Assembly: GCA_964016885.1 (NCBI GenBank)
Contig: OZ024742.1
Location: 273,420,001 to 273,484,000 of the forward strand
DNA length: 64,000 nucleotides
From: Eledone cirrhosa
Taxonomy: Eukaryota
Direction of reading: 5' to 3'
A program made the translations under genes and the position numbers. Below the pieces are notes generated by a model. That model worked only from the letters and a program-made list of their open reading frames with translations, was not told the origin of the DNA and made no database searches. Of the stretch, positions 14,160 to 26,295 are shown in pieces (the stretch's first letter is position 1; each line of letters starts with the position of its first letter).

Positions 14160-14319
14160 AATATATGAACAACCGTCCTGTTGTGGAACCAACCAACCAA
14201 CCAACAGTAAATGTTTAAATTCTTAAATTTATGAATTTAATTCATAATAAATTGGAGTGAAAGCAACTGATGTGTTTCTTATTGGCAACACGTCCCTCCC
14301 AAAGTATAACAATATATAT

Positions 14320-15925
14320 ATATTTATATATATTAAAATAACAGATTAAAGTTTAAGCAAAGAATCGCTGCTTAAACCCTTAAGAGGATCTTCTGAAACA
14401 GAAAAAGTCAATCTATGAACGCAGAAGTAAATATTTCAAAAAACGTTGCAGCCGAAGGAAGACAGGAAGAGATTCTTTGGTTCGTGGAAACGTTCCCTGG
14501 CAAAGAACGGAAAAAAAACGAAGATAGTACGTCATAATTTGGTGCGGTAAAATCAATTACACGCAAAAACAAAACCACGTTTATGGTATAAATGAAGTCG
14601 TAGACTAATATTCTATTAAGTGGTTCATGGAGACGTTCTCTGGCAATGAACGGAAAAACGAAGATAATACGTCATTATGTGGAGCATTGACAACAATTAA
14701 ACGCAAAGACAAAACCACGTTTATGGTATAACGGAAGTGGTAGACTAAAAGTCTATTCAAGAAACCGAATGAAATTAAATATATACATACACGCATCCAT
14801 ATACGTACGTACACAAGCATACGCGAAAACACTCGCCATGGGTATGCGAATACAAGCACGTACACAAACAAAAACATGCACGCACATACAGAACCCACGC
14901 AACACCTGTACCCGCACACATAGGAACGTATACACTAAATACACATAGAAATGGAATTACAAATTTATATATATATATGTCTATGTGTGTGCGTGTATAC
15001 ATAATATATATAAATATACACACTTAAATACGTATATAACACGCGCACACACATACCTACATGTAAATACACATATGTTCGCGGGCGTACATCAACCAAA
15101 ACACAAAGTACACATATACACACATCCTACATACGTACGAACCCGCATACTCACATAGACGCAAACTCACGTATACCAAATGCACATGTGCCAGTATATG
15201 TAATATATACGCCATAACACATACAAGCAAGTATACGTACGAGAAGGTATACGTACCTTCACAAAACATACTGGTAATATATACATCCCTATACAAATAA
15301 GTAATGGTATAAACATAACATATACTTAGCTACCACATAAAGACGTAAAACATTCGCGTATAGTTCGTTTTATCCGTTTGGGTATAATCTGGGGCTGTAA
15401 TACAGGAAAGTTTTGTGCAATTTATGTTTACAAGCCGAATTGCCTCAGATTTTTTGTTTAAGATGTGGTCTTTGGCGTAGAGTATTTCCAGGGCCTCAGC
15501 GGCGCAGAGATCACATGGTCTTTTATTTCCGTTATACGATCTAGTCCTAGCTACGATCTCCCAGTATAACTTACATTGGGTGTGGTTGTCTTTTAGACTC
15601 CAGATATAAGCTGAAAGTGATGTCATATTCCTTCTTAGAGGGTAACGAAAAGAATGGGTATGCATGTAGAGACGCTGCTTGAATCTATTGGCGGTTAACC
15701 CTATGGAGGCCCTACGGGACGTGGGTGTTATAACCTTACATTTGTAGACAATTTTACTAGAGAGGCATTTCCCGTATAGGGGGCAATCAACCCGATTCCT
15801 ACAATTACAGTAGGTACTAACTACAGGGTTGCACGTGTTCCTACGCCTAGGTAGTTTAGCTAAATTTGAAGCTGTGATGTTATGTGCAAGGATAGGAGTT
15901 GAGGAGTAAGAAATGTTAATGGTAG
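14320..15925 (-). mobile_element. PLE 3' fragment, Hydra-like clade (linker plus GIY-YIG) with long 3' region
   Basis: CNCRNRVDCPLYGKC...IVYKC...IGLT..RFKQR...HSFR...TSLSAYIWSLK...W.I...CDLC..E...LNKKSE. The 3' region includes a tandem duplication of about 143 bp (14478-14760). Confidence 0.82.
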
Positions 15926-16039
15926 TTCTATTATATATATATATAAAAGGAACGATCGACTTTCGTCAAATCGGACCGAGGGAACAATGTTTCCGTTGGT
16001 CTTTCCAATTGCTAATACTATCTATCGGTCGCAACTCCA

Positions 16040-16146
16040 GGTATAAGGAACAACGTGAAATAAAGTGTCTTGCTCAAGGACATAACGCATCGCCTGATCC
16101 AGGAATCGAACTCACAACCTTATGATTGCGAATCCGATTCTCTAAC

Positions 16147-16149
<3 letters not shown>
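16040..16149 (-). mobile_element. tRNA-derived SINE head fragment (different family; CORE/V-SINE-like)
   Basis: Minus: gtggttagag (A box)...gagttcgattcc (B box)...tgtccttgagcaagacacttta. Confidence 0.65.
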
Positions 16150-16243
<94 letters not shown>

Positions 16244-16260
16244 CACGAATACGTATTTGT

Positions 16261-16298
<38 letters not shown>

Positions 16299-16469
16299 AC
16301 GAATACGTATTCGTGTTATTCGGGAAACCTCTGGAAATGAGGTAATTATTTTTTATTGATTTTTATACATTAAATTTTGCTCTGGTACTTACATAGAGCA
16401 CTCTTCACTCCTATTATTTTTTCTATTTTCTACGGAAACTTCAATACCTACATATATATATATATATAA

Positions 16470-17069
16470 TAGTGAATGACATATATATATATACACATAA
16501 ATATCTAATGATATCTAATTTAAATCATAGATACCTGATAAAAATCTTATATATTTTCCCCATAGTTATCCTTGACAAGTCATAAATACATTTCAGCAAA
16601 TATCGGTGCCGTTAGATAATCGATCTCTACCATGTAATTCTCACGTGGTTTTCAGTTCTGTATGTTAACGGGTGTAAGGTTAGATAGATCGATTCCCTCA
16701 CTGAAGATCCAGATCGATTATCTAACTACACCGACATTTGGTGAAATGTATTCATGATTTCTGAAGGGTGTATATGAGGGAAATTTATATGATTTTTATC
16801 AGGTATCTATATTTTGACTTTTTGTTAAATTTTAATATGATACTGGAACGAAGTATGTATTCTTACATTCTATACAGATTGTCTCTTGTTAAAGTTTGAT
16901 ATGTTCTATTTTACAGTTATATCATTAGATATTTATGTGAGTATATATGTCATTCACTATTGTGTAATGAATAAATGCCCGGATTTATTCTTTGAATGTA
17001 TCTTGAGCTTATTGTGGGAAACGAGACACACGTTCGAGATTATCTCAAACATGACATCTATAACCTTAA

Positions 17070-17116
<47 letters not shown>

Positions 17117-18690
17117 TTGTTGGCATATTTTGGCAGTGGTGAAGGGTTATCGTGATTAAGCTCTACTGAGGAACGATTCCAACCGTGACCATTCCCACTG
17201 AAAAGTTTCGTGAAATAGTCTTTTTAAGTCTATATTGAGCATTTGTAGTTTTTCAAAATTGAAGGATTTGTATTTAAGCTTTATTTTATTCTGAATTAAG
17301 GCTCTATTGGTTTTTTCCCTGGATTTCACAAAATCTGTGGATAAAATCTCCGTCTTGATTTTTTTTTTTTTAATTGAGTTTGAATTATTTTCCCATATCT
17401 TACCTTAATTATTTTCCATGTTGACATTATAGTCACTTATATATTATGAAATACTGTTGGCTTCTTGCTCACAATAATTCTATATTTTCATTTACATATA
17501 TATATATATATAAAATACTGAATGACATATACGCACATAAATATCTAATGATATAAATGTACAATAGAACTTATCAAACTTTAACAAGAGACCATGTATA
17601 GAATGTAAGAATACATACTTCGTTACAGTATCATATTAAAGTTTAACAACAATTTAAAATATAGATACCTGATAAAAATCATATATATTTCCTTCATATG
17701 TATCCTTCACAAACTATGAAAATAGTTCACTAAATATCGGTGCAATTAGATAATTAATCTGGATCTTCACAGAGGGAATAGATCTATCTAAACCTACACA
17801 CGTTAACATACAGAACTGAAAACGACGAGTGAAGCGCATGGGCATCGTCTTCAATGGCATGAAAGGATTCAGACCAACTTGAAATATCAGTCTAAACTCT
17901 CAACATATTAACAGCTCAAACAAGTAGGAGCATACAAATATTTATATTACATTCAAATGAGATAACTCGAAGATCTGTTTTGTGTCCCAAAATAACTCAG
18001 TAAAAGAATTCAAAGAATAAATCCGAGTATTTCATCATTATAAAATAGTGAATGAAATAGAAACACACATAAATATCTAATTAAATAAATGTACAATAGA
18101 ACATATCAAACTTTAACAGAAGTCAATGTGTATAGAATGTAAGAATACATAATTTGTTACAGTTTCATATTAAAATTTAGCAAAGATTTAAGTTATAGAT
18201 ACCTGATAAAAATCATGAATACATTTCACCAAATATCGGTGTAGTCAGATAATCGAGCTATACCATGTGGTTCTCTCGTCGTCTTCAGATCTGTATAGAT
18301 CGATTCCCTCACTCAAGATACAGATCGATAATCTAACTTCACTGATATTTGGTGAAATGTATTCATGATTTGCGAAGGATACATATGAAGGAAATATATA
18401 TGATTTTTATCAGGTATCTATATTTTGATTTTTTGTTAAATTTTAATATGATACTGTAAAAAACTATGTATTCTTATATTCTATATAGAGAGTCTCGTAT
18501 CAAAGTTTGATATGTTCTATTGTACATTTATATCATTAGATATTTATGTGTGTATATATGTCATTCAATGTTTTGTCATGATTAAATTCTCGGATTACTT
18601 TCTTTGAAGTATATCTTTGAACTTATTTAGGGAGACAAGACACATGATCGAGATTATCTTAAACGTGACATCTATAATTTGAATGTAATA
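16470..18690. repeat. Five partial copies of one non-coding repeat in alternating orientation (about 16470-16627 +, 16710-17075 -, 17516-17830 +, 17960-18260 +, 18296-18690 -)
   Basis: Recurrent blocks atagatacctgataaaaatc, aaatatcggtg..gttagataatcg and agaatgtaagaatacata, and their reverse complements. Confidence 0.85.
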
Positions 18691-18789
18691 TATATAAAGT
18701 TAGCTCTACGTATGGAGCCGAGAATATCATATATTGAGTTAGAAACTCAAAATAGTCTTTAGTTCTGTCGGGTATCAAACGACGGTTGC

Positions 18790-19150
18790 CCAATATATAT
18801 ATACACCTATAACATATAAAGCATATATACGTACGAGAAAGTAAATGTATATCCACAAACATAGATGTAAGGTATATATACCTATACACATAAGTAATGG
18901 TATAAACATAAAATATGCTTAGCTATCACATCAAGACGTAAATTATCCGCGTATTGTTCGTACTATCCGATAGAGTATAATGTGGAGCAGTAATACAGGA
19001 AAACTGTATGTAATTTGTGTTTACAAGCCGAAATTGCCTCATATTTTTTGTTTAAGATGTGATCATCGGCGTAGAGTATTTCCACGGCTTCAGCGGCGCA
19101 AAGATTGATTTTTTAAAGTGATACTTTGCTTAAACTTTAATCTGTTACTT
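18790..19150 (-). mobile_element. Internally deleted second copy of the Hydra-like PLE 3' end seen at 14.3-15.5 kb
   Basis: 18820-19101 aligns with 15230-15508; 19130-19150 is the reverse complement of 14335-14362. Confidence 0.75.
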
Positions 19151-19196
19151 TAATATATATTTAATATATAATTATAATATATATAATTATAATAAA

Positions 19197-20148
19197 CTAG
19201 CAGTAAAGCCCGGCGTTGCTCGGGGTCGCTCAGTAGCTGTGTTAAAGTTACAATGTTAAGTTTCTTTCTTGGCTTAAAAACTGTAGTGTCTACTGTGCAG
19301 ACTTGCATGTGGTGTTTTTGATTAATATTCCCTCAACCAACAATATGCCTTATGAAGTTAAGAAAACATAACGTTAACCCGAATGTTATAACAAAAGAGG
19401 ATGCTGGGGATAGAAACTGCACTGGTTATTTATTAACAAAGATCGAAAATGTAAACGCTGCAACGCAGAGAAAAACATTAGCGTAACCAAATTATCAGTT
19501 ATGTCTGTCTGCACGCCTATATCACCTCTCTGCACGACTGTCTGTCTGCACGCCTATATCACCTCTCTGCACGACTGTCTGTCTGCACGCCTATATCACC
19601 TCTCTGCACGACTGTCTGTCTGCACGCCTATATCACCTCTCTGCACGACTATCTGTCTGCACGACTGTCTGTCTGCACGCCTAACGACGAAATATTTGCT
19701 TGTTTTACGTAGTCTTTAAATAGACTTGTTTTCAAGTAAAGATATTGTTTTAAAATGCTTTTAAATGGAAATGAAGCAAAACGGAAGCTTAGTGTTCGAA
19801 CTGATGAATTTTGCAGGTCAATATTTTGCTGGCTCGACAACTGTTCGTTCGTGTATTGTGTTAATGTCATTTTAAACGCTGAGAAAGCCAGCGTAATTTT
19901 TTACGTAAGACGCTCAATGTAAACATAACAAAGGGAAATAACTGATAACTTACGCTCAAAAATCGATACATTATATTCGATTTCGTCAGATAGGGCGGGT
20001 CAATTTGAAATATTTTTTTTCCGATGTCTTCGCTAGGGCTCAATGTACAAGTATAGCAATTTCGGTGCAATTCCGTGAGAGATTCTAAGAGGAGATGTGT
20101 GCCAAAAATCGATAGACAGACAGACAACCACAGTTTTATATATATAGA
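19197..20148 (-). mobile_element. Non-autonomous Helitron
   Basis: The minus strand begins TC (A^TCTATATATATAAAACTGTGGTTGTCTGTCTG) and ends with the GC hairpin cccgagcaacgccggg about 8 nt before CTAG^T. Inserted between A and T; (CTGT)n near the 5' end. Confidence 0.85.
19502..19682. repeat. 37-bp minisatellite (about 4.5 copies) inside the Helitron
   Basis: Unit ctgtctgtctgcacgcctatatcacctctctgcacga. Confidence 0.95.
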
Positions 20149-20178
20149 TTATAATAAATATAATATATATTTAATATA

Positions 20179-20232
<54 letters not shown>

Positions 20233-21398
20233 AACATAAATATAAATAATAGACATATATCATAAGAATAGAGGGGAAGGAGCCTAATATAATATATTAG
20301 AGGCCTCTAGCCAACGCGAAGCGTGCTCAACGTGTAGAAACGCGAGGTTAAATATAGTAGAGTTAATATTCAAGGAGAATCATGTGCAGAAAATAAGCAG
20401 AAATATATGGTGGAGAACGAAAAATATGTAAAACGAACATCTATTTCTGACACGGTATGATATTTCTTACAGGTAGACATGTATGTATATATTTTTTAGT
20501 AATAAGCACGTGTGTTGTAATGGTAGCAGAAAGGCGTTCAAGAGAGATTCACAACGTTACAATTAATAAAGGTAGCCAATCGATGTTGGACTGATATGTT
20601 AATAGCGATCACTATTTCAGGAAAACGGAGATGTAAAAATGATTTTCATATTCCATGGCAGCGGAAAAGATCAGAAGGCCTATTTCAAAACATAATAAAG
20701 ATTTATTTTCTTCATATTAATACAAGTACAAGGTGAATGAAGAGCTGCAAACATATCGCATAATCAAGTTGAACGATAAATGTAATTCTCCGCAGAGTTA
20801 TATATTGAGATTACCCTCGGCTTTAGAGGGCAAGATCGAGAAAATTAGGAAGCGAGTTACACAGTATTGCTTAGTACAAGATCCTGAACGTAACTGCGGG
20901 AGAATTGATAATCAGGTGCGAAATCGACTGTTGGGCGGAAGACATTCTTAGTATTCCTATGCCAACAACCCTAAGATCTGGCGACTGACGAAGTACGACC
21001 AAATTACTCTGCTCCTATAAAGTAGCACTTTTGCTTGATACATATTCCACCGTAGAGATGCACATATAATACTCACCAGAAAAAATGTCTATCCTTAAAG
21101 ATGTTACAGAAGGATAATCCAAGTCCGTACAGCTGCAGAGAGTAACTACATGTTACTGAAGCGTTCATCATTTTAAAAGTTTGGAGGCATTAAATATACG
21201 TCCATTTCCATGTTAAAAATAGTGTTTATTATAAAATCATGAACCCAAAATATTGGTGTTAAAAGGTGCATAATGTTCCTTAGGGAGATAACTGTGGTGT
21301 TTTTATAAAATAAACATTAGATTAGCAGTATTAACACATATAATTAGAGTTGAGGTTAAACATAGTATTGCAGACCTAGGCTTACAGATTTAACGTCA

Positions 21399-21847
21399 GG
21401 GTGGTGGATTGGCAGTATCGTTAGAGGGTCGGACGCCATGTTTTCCAGCATAGTTACCTCCCTTTACGATCTGAGTTCAAATCCCGCCAAGGTTGACTTT
21501 GCCTTTCATGCTTACGGGTCGATAAAAAATAAAGTACCAGTAATGCACTGGGTATTTGCTGGCATTGTGCCAAACGTTGAAACAATTATTATTATTCGTC
21601 ATGGTTGTCAGCAACATATTGGGAAAATTGCTGGCTTTCTGCCAAAAGTAGAAACAATTATGATGGTGGATTGGCAGTATCGGTAGAGAGTCGGACACCA
21701 TGCTTTGCAGCATAGAGTTGTGGCTCGTTACGGTCTGTGTTCAAGTCCCGCCGAGGTTAACTTTGCCTTTCATCCTTACGAGGTCGATAAAATAAAGCAC
21801 CAGTAATGCACTGGGTAATTGCTGGCCTTCTGCCAAAAGTAGAAACA

Positions 21848-21897
<50 letters not shown>

Positions 21898-22098
21898 AGG
21901 CGGTGGATTAGCAGTATCGGTAGAGGGTCGGACGCCATGCTTTCCAGCATAGTTACGTCCCTTTACGATCTGAGTTCAAATCCCGCCGAGGTTGACTTTG
22001 CCTTTCATCCTTACGAGGTCGATAAAATAAAGTACCAGTAATGCACTGAGTAATTGCTGGCCTTGTGCCTAAAGTAGAAACAATTATTATTATTATTA
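21399..22098 (+). mobile_element. Three tandem tRNA-derived SINEs (Nin/Deu-domain type) with (ATT)n tails
   Basis: Head ggcggtggattggcag, B box gagttcaaatcc, central gcctttcatccttacggggtcgataaaataaagtaccag, tail gtagaaacaattattatt. Copies at about 21399, 21663 and 21897. Confidence 0.9.
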
Positions 22099-25000
22099 CA
22101 GATGCATTCATTTTGCTTCATGTTCATACGAGTTATCACCAAATCACAATCAGTAACCTCAAGAGACAACAAGGTCCGCCATGTTCAAGAAAGAACACAT
22201 ATACACACACATGCATCTTTAGCTGTTTAGACTTTTGATGTATTTATATTGACAGAATCTTCCTTAGTATAAGGGCAGTTTCTATTAGTACTATCCTTTG
22301 TATTTCTCCTATACGCGGGCTTCCTGGGATTTGCGATAAGTAATCATTAGACCCCTTAGTTATCATTCCTAGAGCGCCTACAACCACTGTTATTGTTTTA
22401 CTTCTCAATTTCCACATTTTTCCAATTTCTATCTCTAGGTCCTTATACTCGCTCAATTTTTCATATGTTTTTATAGATACATTCTTGTCTATTGGAACGG
22501 ACATATAAATTAGCAGGTATACCCTCTTTTTAAAGTCCTTCACTATTATATCAGGTCTATTTGCATCTATTTTTCGGTCTGTTTGGATGCTAAAGTTCCA
22601 CAAGATTGAGATGTGATATATTTCAAGTATGGGAGGTGGTTGATGCTCCCACCAATTCTTTTGATGGGGCAGATAAAAATGCTTACACATTATCCAATGT
22701 ATGTATTGTGCAGCTCTGTTATGCCTGTTTAGGTATTCGGTTGGTGCTATAGGACTGCACATTGAAATTATATGATCAATGGTCTCTGGTTGTTTTTTAT
22801 ATACACGGCATAATGGGTTGCATCCATTTTTTATTATGATGGCTTGGTAATATTTTGTTGGCAGACACTGATCTTGTGCTGATATAATCAGTCCTTCCGT
22901 CTCCGATTTCAGTTCAGAGGATGCCGACCACTGATGGGTTAAAGTTTTGTCAACATCAGGATTGTTAGCTCGTTCTGGGTATTTTCCATACAGAGGCTTT
23001 TCTTGCCATTTCTTAGCCAGTTTCTGTAGCAGTTTTTTCTTTGCAGTTACGTTTACCTGCTTTGCTTTATCTCCGTTTTCCATTTCAGCAGTAAATGGGA
23101 CTTCTGAAATTTGTAGTCCATTACTGTATCTTTGTGCATCTTTTGTAATTGAGTGTGATCTTTTGATGCTTCAAAACGAGTTTGATCATCCAATCATGTG
23201 ATTCCCTTAGATATGTAGATAATCCAATTGTTGCAGTTTTCAACGCAATATCTAACTGGATTAACCCACGTCCTCCTTCTTTCCTAGGGAGATATATTCT
23301 CTCTGTATCTGCCTTTGGGTGAGGCATTCTGTGCATGGTTAAGAATTTGTTAATGTTTGTATCGAGCCTACGGATCTCTGTTCTTGACCAGTTGATGACA
23401 TTGTAGCTGTAGGTTACTACTGGTATGGCAAGCGTGTTTATGGCATCGATCCTATTCCTTGCATTCAATTCCGTTCTTAAGATTACTCTTACTCTGCGGT
23501 AACATTCCTTCCTTATCCTTTCCCTCATTTTCGAGTGCTTGAATCCGTCTCCTTCACAAACACCTAGATATTTGTAAGTTCCTTCTTGATCAAGTTCTCT
23601 TATCACATTGCCCGATCAAGATTAATGTCTGAACTTTTTAGCAGCTTTCCTCTGGTGAACGTAGCTTTGGCGCATTTATCTAGTCCCGACTCCATTTTAA
23701 TGTCATCAATGAACTGCTCCACAGTGGATAATTGCCCTTGCAATTGTTCATCATTTTTTTGCAAATAGTTTCAGATCATCCATGTAGAACAAGTGATTAA
23801 TGGTTTTGTCATAGACTTTATATCGATGTTTTGTTTCATTGAGCATTTTACTTAATGGTATAAGCGCGATGCAGAATAAAAGCGGTGATAAAGAATCACC
23901 CTGAAAAATTCCGCAATTAATATTAACTTCTCCAGCTTCCATTGATTTTTTTTTACTATTCAAAAGGAGTGTCTTTTTCCATGTCTTCATGCTGAATGAC
24001 GGGAAGCTCGTGACAACGGGAGATATTTTGAAAATCTCTAAACATTTTTCAATCCAACTATGTGGCAAACTATCGAATGCTTTTTTATAATCTATCCATG
24101 CAATTGATAGATTTGTGTGTCTATTATGACAATCTTCCAATATAATTTTGTTAATCAAAAGCTGATCCTTACAGCCATATGAGCCTCGTTTACACCCTTT
24201 CTGCTCATTGGGAAATAGATCATTTGTTATCAGGTGGTCATATGTATATTCAGTTAGGACTGATGTTAAAATTTTATACAGTGTGGTCAAGCAAGTTATC
24301 GGTCTGTAATTTTTGGGATTGTTTGTCTCATCATTCTTCGGAAGCAGGAATGTAATGCCGTTAGCTAGCCATGATGGTATCTTTTCTGGCTGCTTAACTA
24401 TTTCATTGTAAAGTTGGGATAACAGCTCATGAGACTCTGTGAAGGCATTTATCAAAAAAATTGGTATTTTGTCTTTTCCTGGGATTTCCATTTGCTGGTT
24501 TTTTAAGAGCCAAAAGCAACTGTTCAACTGTTATATTTTCCCATATTTGTTCCTCAAGGTGAGCTGTATATTTCATGTGTCTGTCTATCCATGGGGCATG
24601 TATATTATGAACTTTTTCTTCGGCCCAGATCTATTCCCAGAATTCTTGCACTTCCTCCTTGGGTGGTATTAATTTAGCAGTTATTGTTGACTTGCCCATT
24701 TTTATGTAGAAGTTTCTTTGGTTGTTTTTGAACATATTATTGTCCTTATATAATCTAGATCGTTTTTCAAAGCGCCTTATACGAGCAGCTTTGGCCGACA
24801 CTTTTTGCTTGATTATTTCTATCAGCATGTCTATGTCACTTGTTGATTTTATATTGTATTTTCTTTTCAATTTTCTAAGTTTAGATTGTTTAACATGTTC
24901 ACCTACTTTGTAGTTTGTTAAAATGTCTATGTCAGATCGGAGAAGGTTTATTTGGCGATTGATGTTCTCTTGCCAAAAAGATTTCTTGTGGGAATTCCTT

Positions 25001-26035
25001 TGTTTTTTTTCATTTTCACTCCACATAAGTGAGTGGTGACTTTAGCTGATGCATAATAGAGATGATTTAAATTAGTAATGTTTAGTTTGTCTGTGATGAT
25101 AATGTTTTTGAGAATTATGTTAGTCTTGTGTATTATCTGTTGGTTCTGTTTGTAGTTCTGGATCTTAGGGAGAGTGTCTCGTTCCCCCATGTCAGATTCT
25201 TTCATTTTCATCCATTCGAACATAATTTCATCCTTCAAGTTGCAAGTTCATTCTCATTCATTTCTTTATTATATACGATCTCATTGTTTTCATTGTGAGT
25301 TTCTTCTTGAGCATGCACTCCCTCCACTTTCTTTAATTTGTTCTGTTGTCAGTGATTCCGCCCCAACCCTGGGATTCGAAGTGTTACAATTTACCTCGTT
25401 TTCACTGACACATGTTTCATTTTCCCTTCGCTGACTTTGCGCTAATAGCTTGATCTGATCAATTTCTATATCAGTTAGTAACTTCTTTTTAACGATATTT
25501 CTTCGTATATTGGCTAGTTTGTTACTGTCAATATAGACTCTGTTTTCGGGATGTTTCTTTTTCCAGTTGATATATGTCTGTTCTGTATTCGATCTATTTG
25601 ATGGGTAGTATATGGCAGTGTAGAAAGCCTCAAGGACTTCTTTATCGTCTCCCCTTGACCACTTTTCTCTTTTTTTCTCTGGATTTCTTGGTCGTGAGCA
25701 TGGAGGGCCAACAGTAGGAGTATTCCGGTTATGGGACGTCTCCAGCTCCGAAGTGATGGGAAGGTTTGAATCATTAGCTGATTTTTTTACCACAGTCTGG
25801 CTCCTCTCTGAGGGACGCGGCCCCTTTTGACCCGGGTCGCGGCCGATCCGGTATGAGATTTTATCATTTGACATTTACTTTATTTTGTCGCGTTTTATCC
25901 TTAACCGCCAAGTGGTAATAATTTCGTGTTACCACTTCTAGGACGAGTGTCAACCAAGACTAGTAGGGTCGTCCTCCCCTAGAGATACGGCTATTCCCCG
26001 CCGGCCGCCATCCCGGTATTTCTTGATCACGGGGT
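22099..26035 (-). mobile_element. Near full-length decayed R4/Dong-like non-LTR retrotransposon (single ORF: N-terminal Myb-like region, RT, CCHC knuckle, restriction-like endonuclease)
   Basis: KKREKWS...W...LANIRRNI N-terminus; [42 protein letters not shown]; GGRGL; CR...ETIDHIISMC; NRPDII...EK..Y. The 3' end abuts a SINE (ATT) tail. Confidence 0.92.
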
Positions 26036-26184
26036 TTTCTTTTTTGTTGTATTTTAAATTGTTATTATCATCAGTGGTTCCTTAATGTGAGTATTGCGTG
26101 GCTTAAGAATGAAATTATTATTAATAATATAACATACTTTTTTCTGAAGTTTCCTGTTATTGTTGTTGGCTATGTTGGTAGTGG

Positions 26185-26295
26185 TGCAGCAATATCTAAC
26201 GGGATTAACCCACGTCCTCCTTCTTTCCTAGGGACATATATTCTATCTGTATCTGCCTTAGAGTGATGCATTCTGTGCATGGTTAAGAATTTTCT
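26185..26295 (-). mobile_element. Short duplicate fragment of the same R4/Dong-like family
   Basis: KFLTMHRMHHSKADTDRIYVPRKEGGRGLI; nucleotide match to 23240-23348. Confidence 0.85.

Larger units (their letters stand above)
11520..14315 (+). mobile_element. Penelope-like element, Naiad-like: 5'-truncated RT plus C-terminal GIY-YIG endonuclease (about 12160-13915), 3' terminal repeat, and an inverted partial copy of the 3' end at the 5' side (11520-12150)
   Basis: SLYPSID, GAAIG, YSRYVDD, LPVLD and YAKPMTS...SA...K.NILI RT/thumb motifs. CxxxxCxxC linker; IVY...VYI(G)E.AR...R..EH...NRKHEWN endonuclease. An inverted pseudo-LTR is a known PLE structure. Several frameshifts and stops. Confidence 0.9.

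Noticed and set aside
16695-16725. Hammerhead at CTGAAGATCCAGATCG
   Set aside because: No GAAA follows the short stem in any copy.
20733-20960. Possible old PLE RT fragment on the minus strand (LP.FLDL-like)
   Set aside because: A single short motif requiring frameshifts; too weak to call.
21399-21490. tRNA genes at SINE heads
   Set aside because: Only A/B-box-like remnants with no cloverleaf; they continue into the SINE body and tail.
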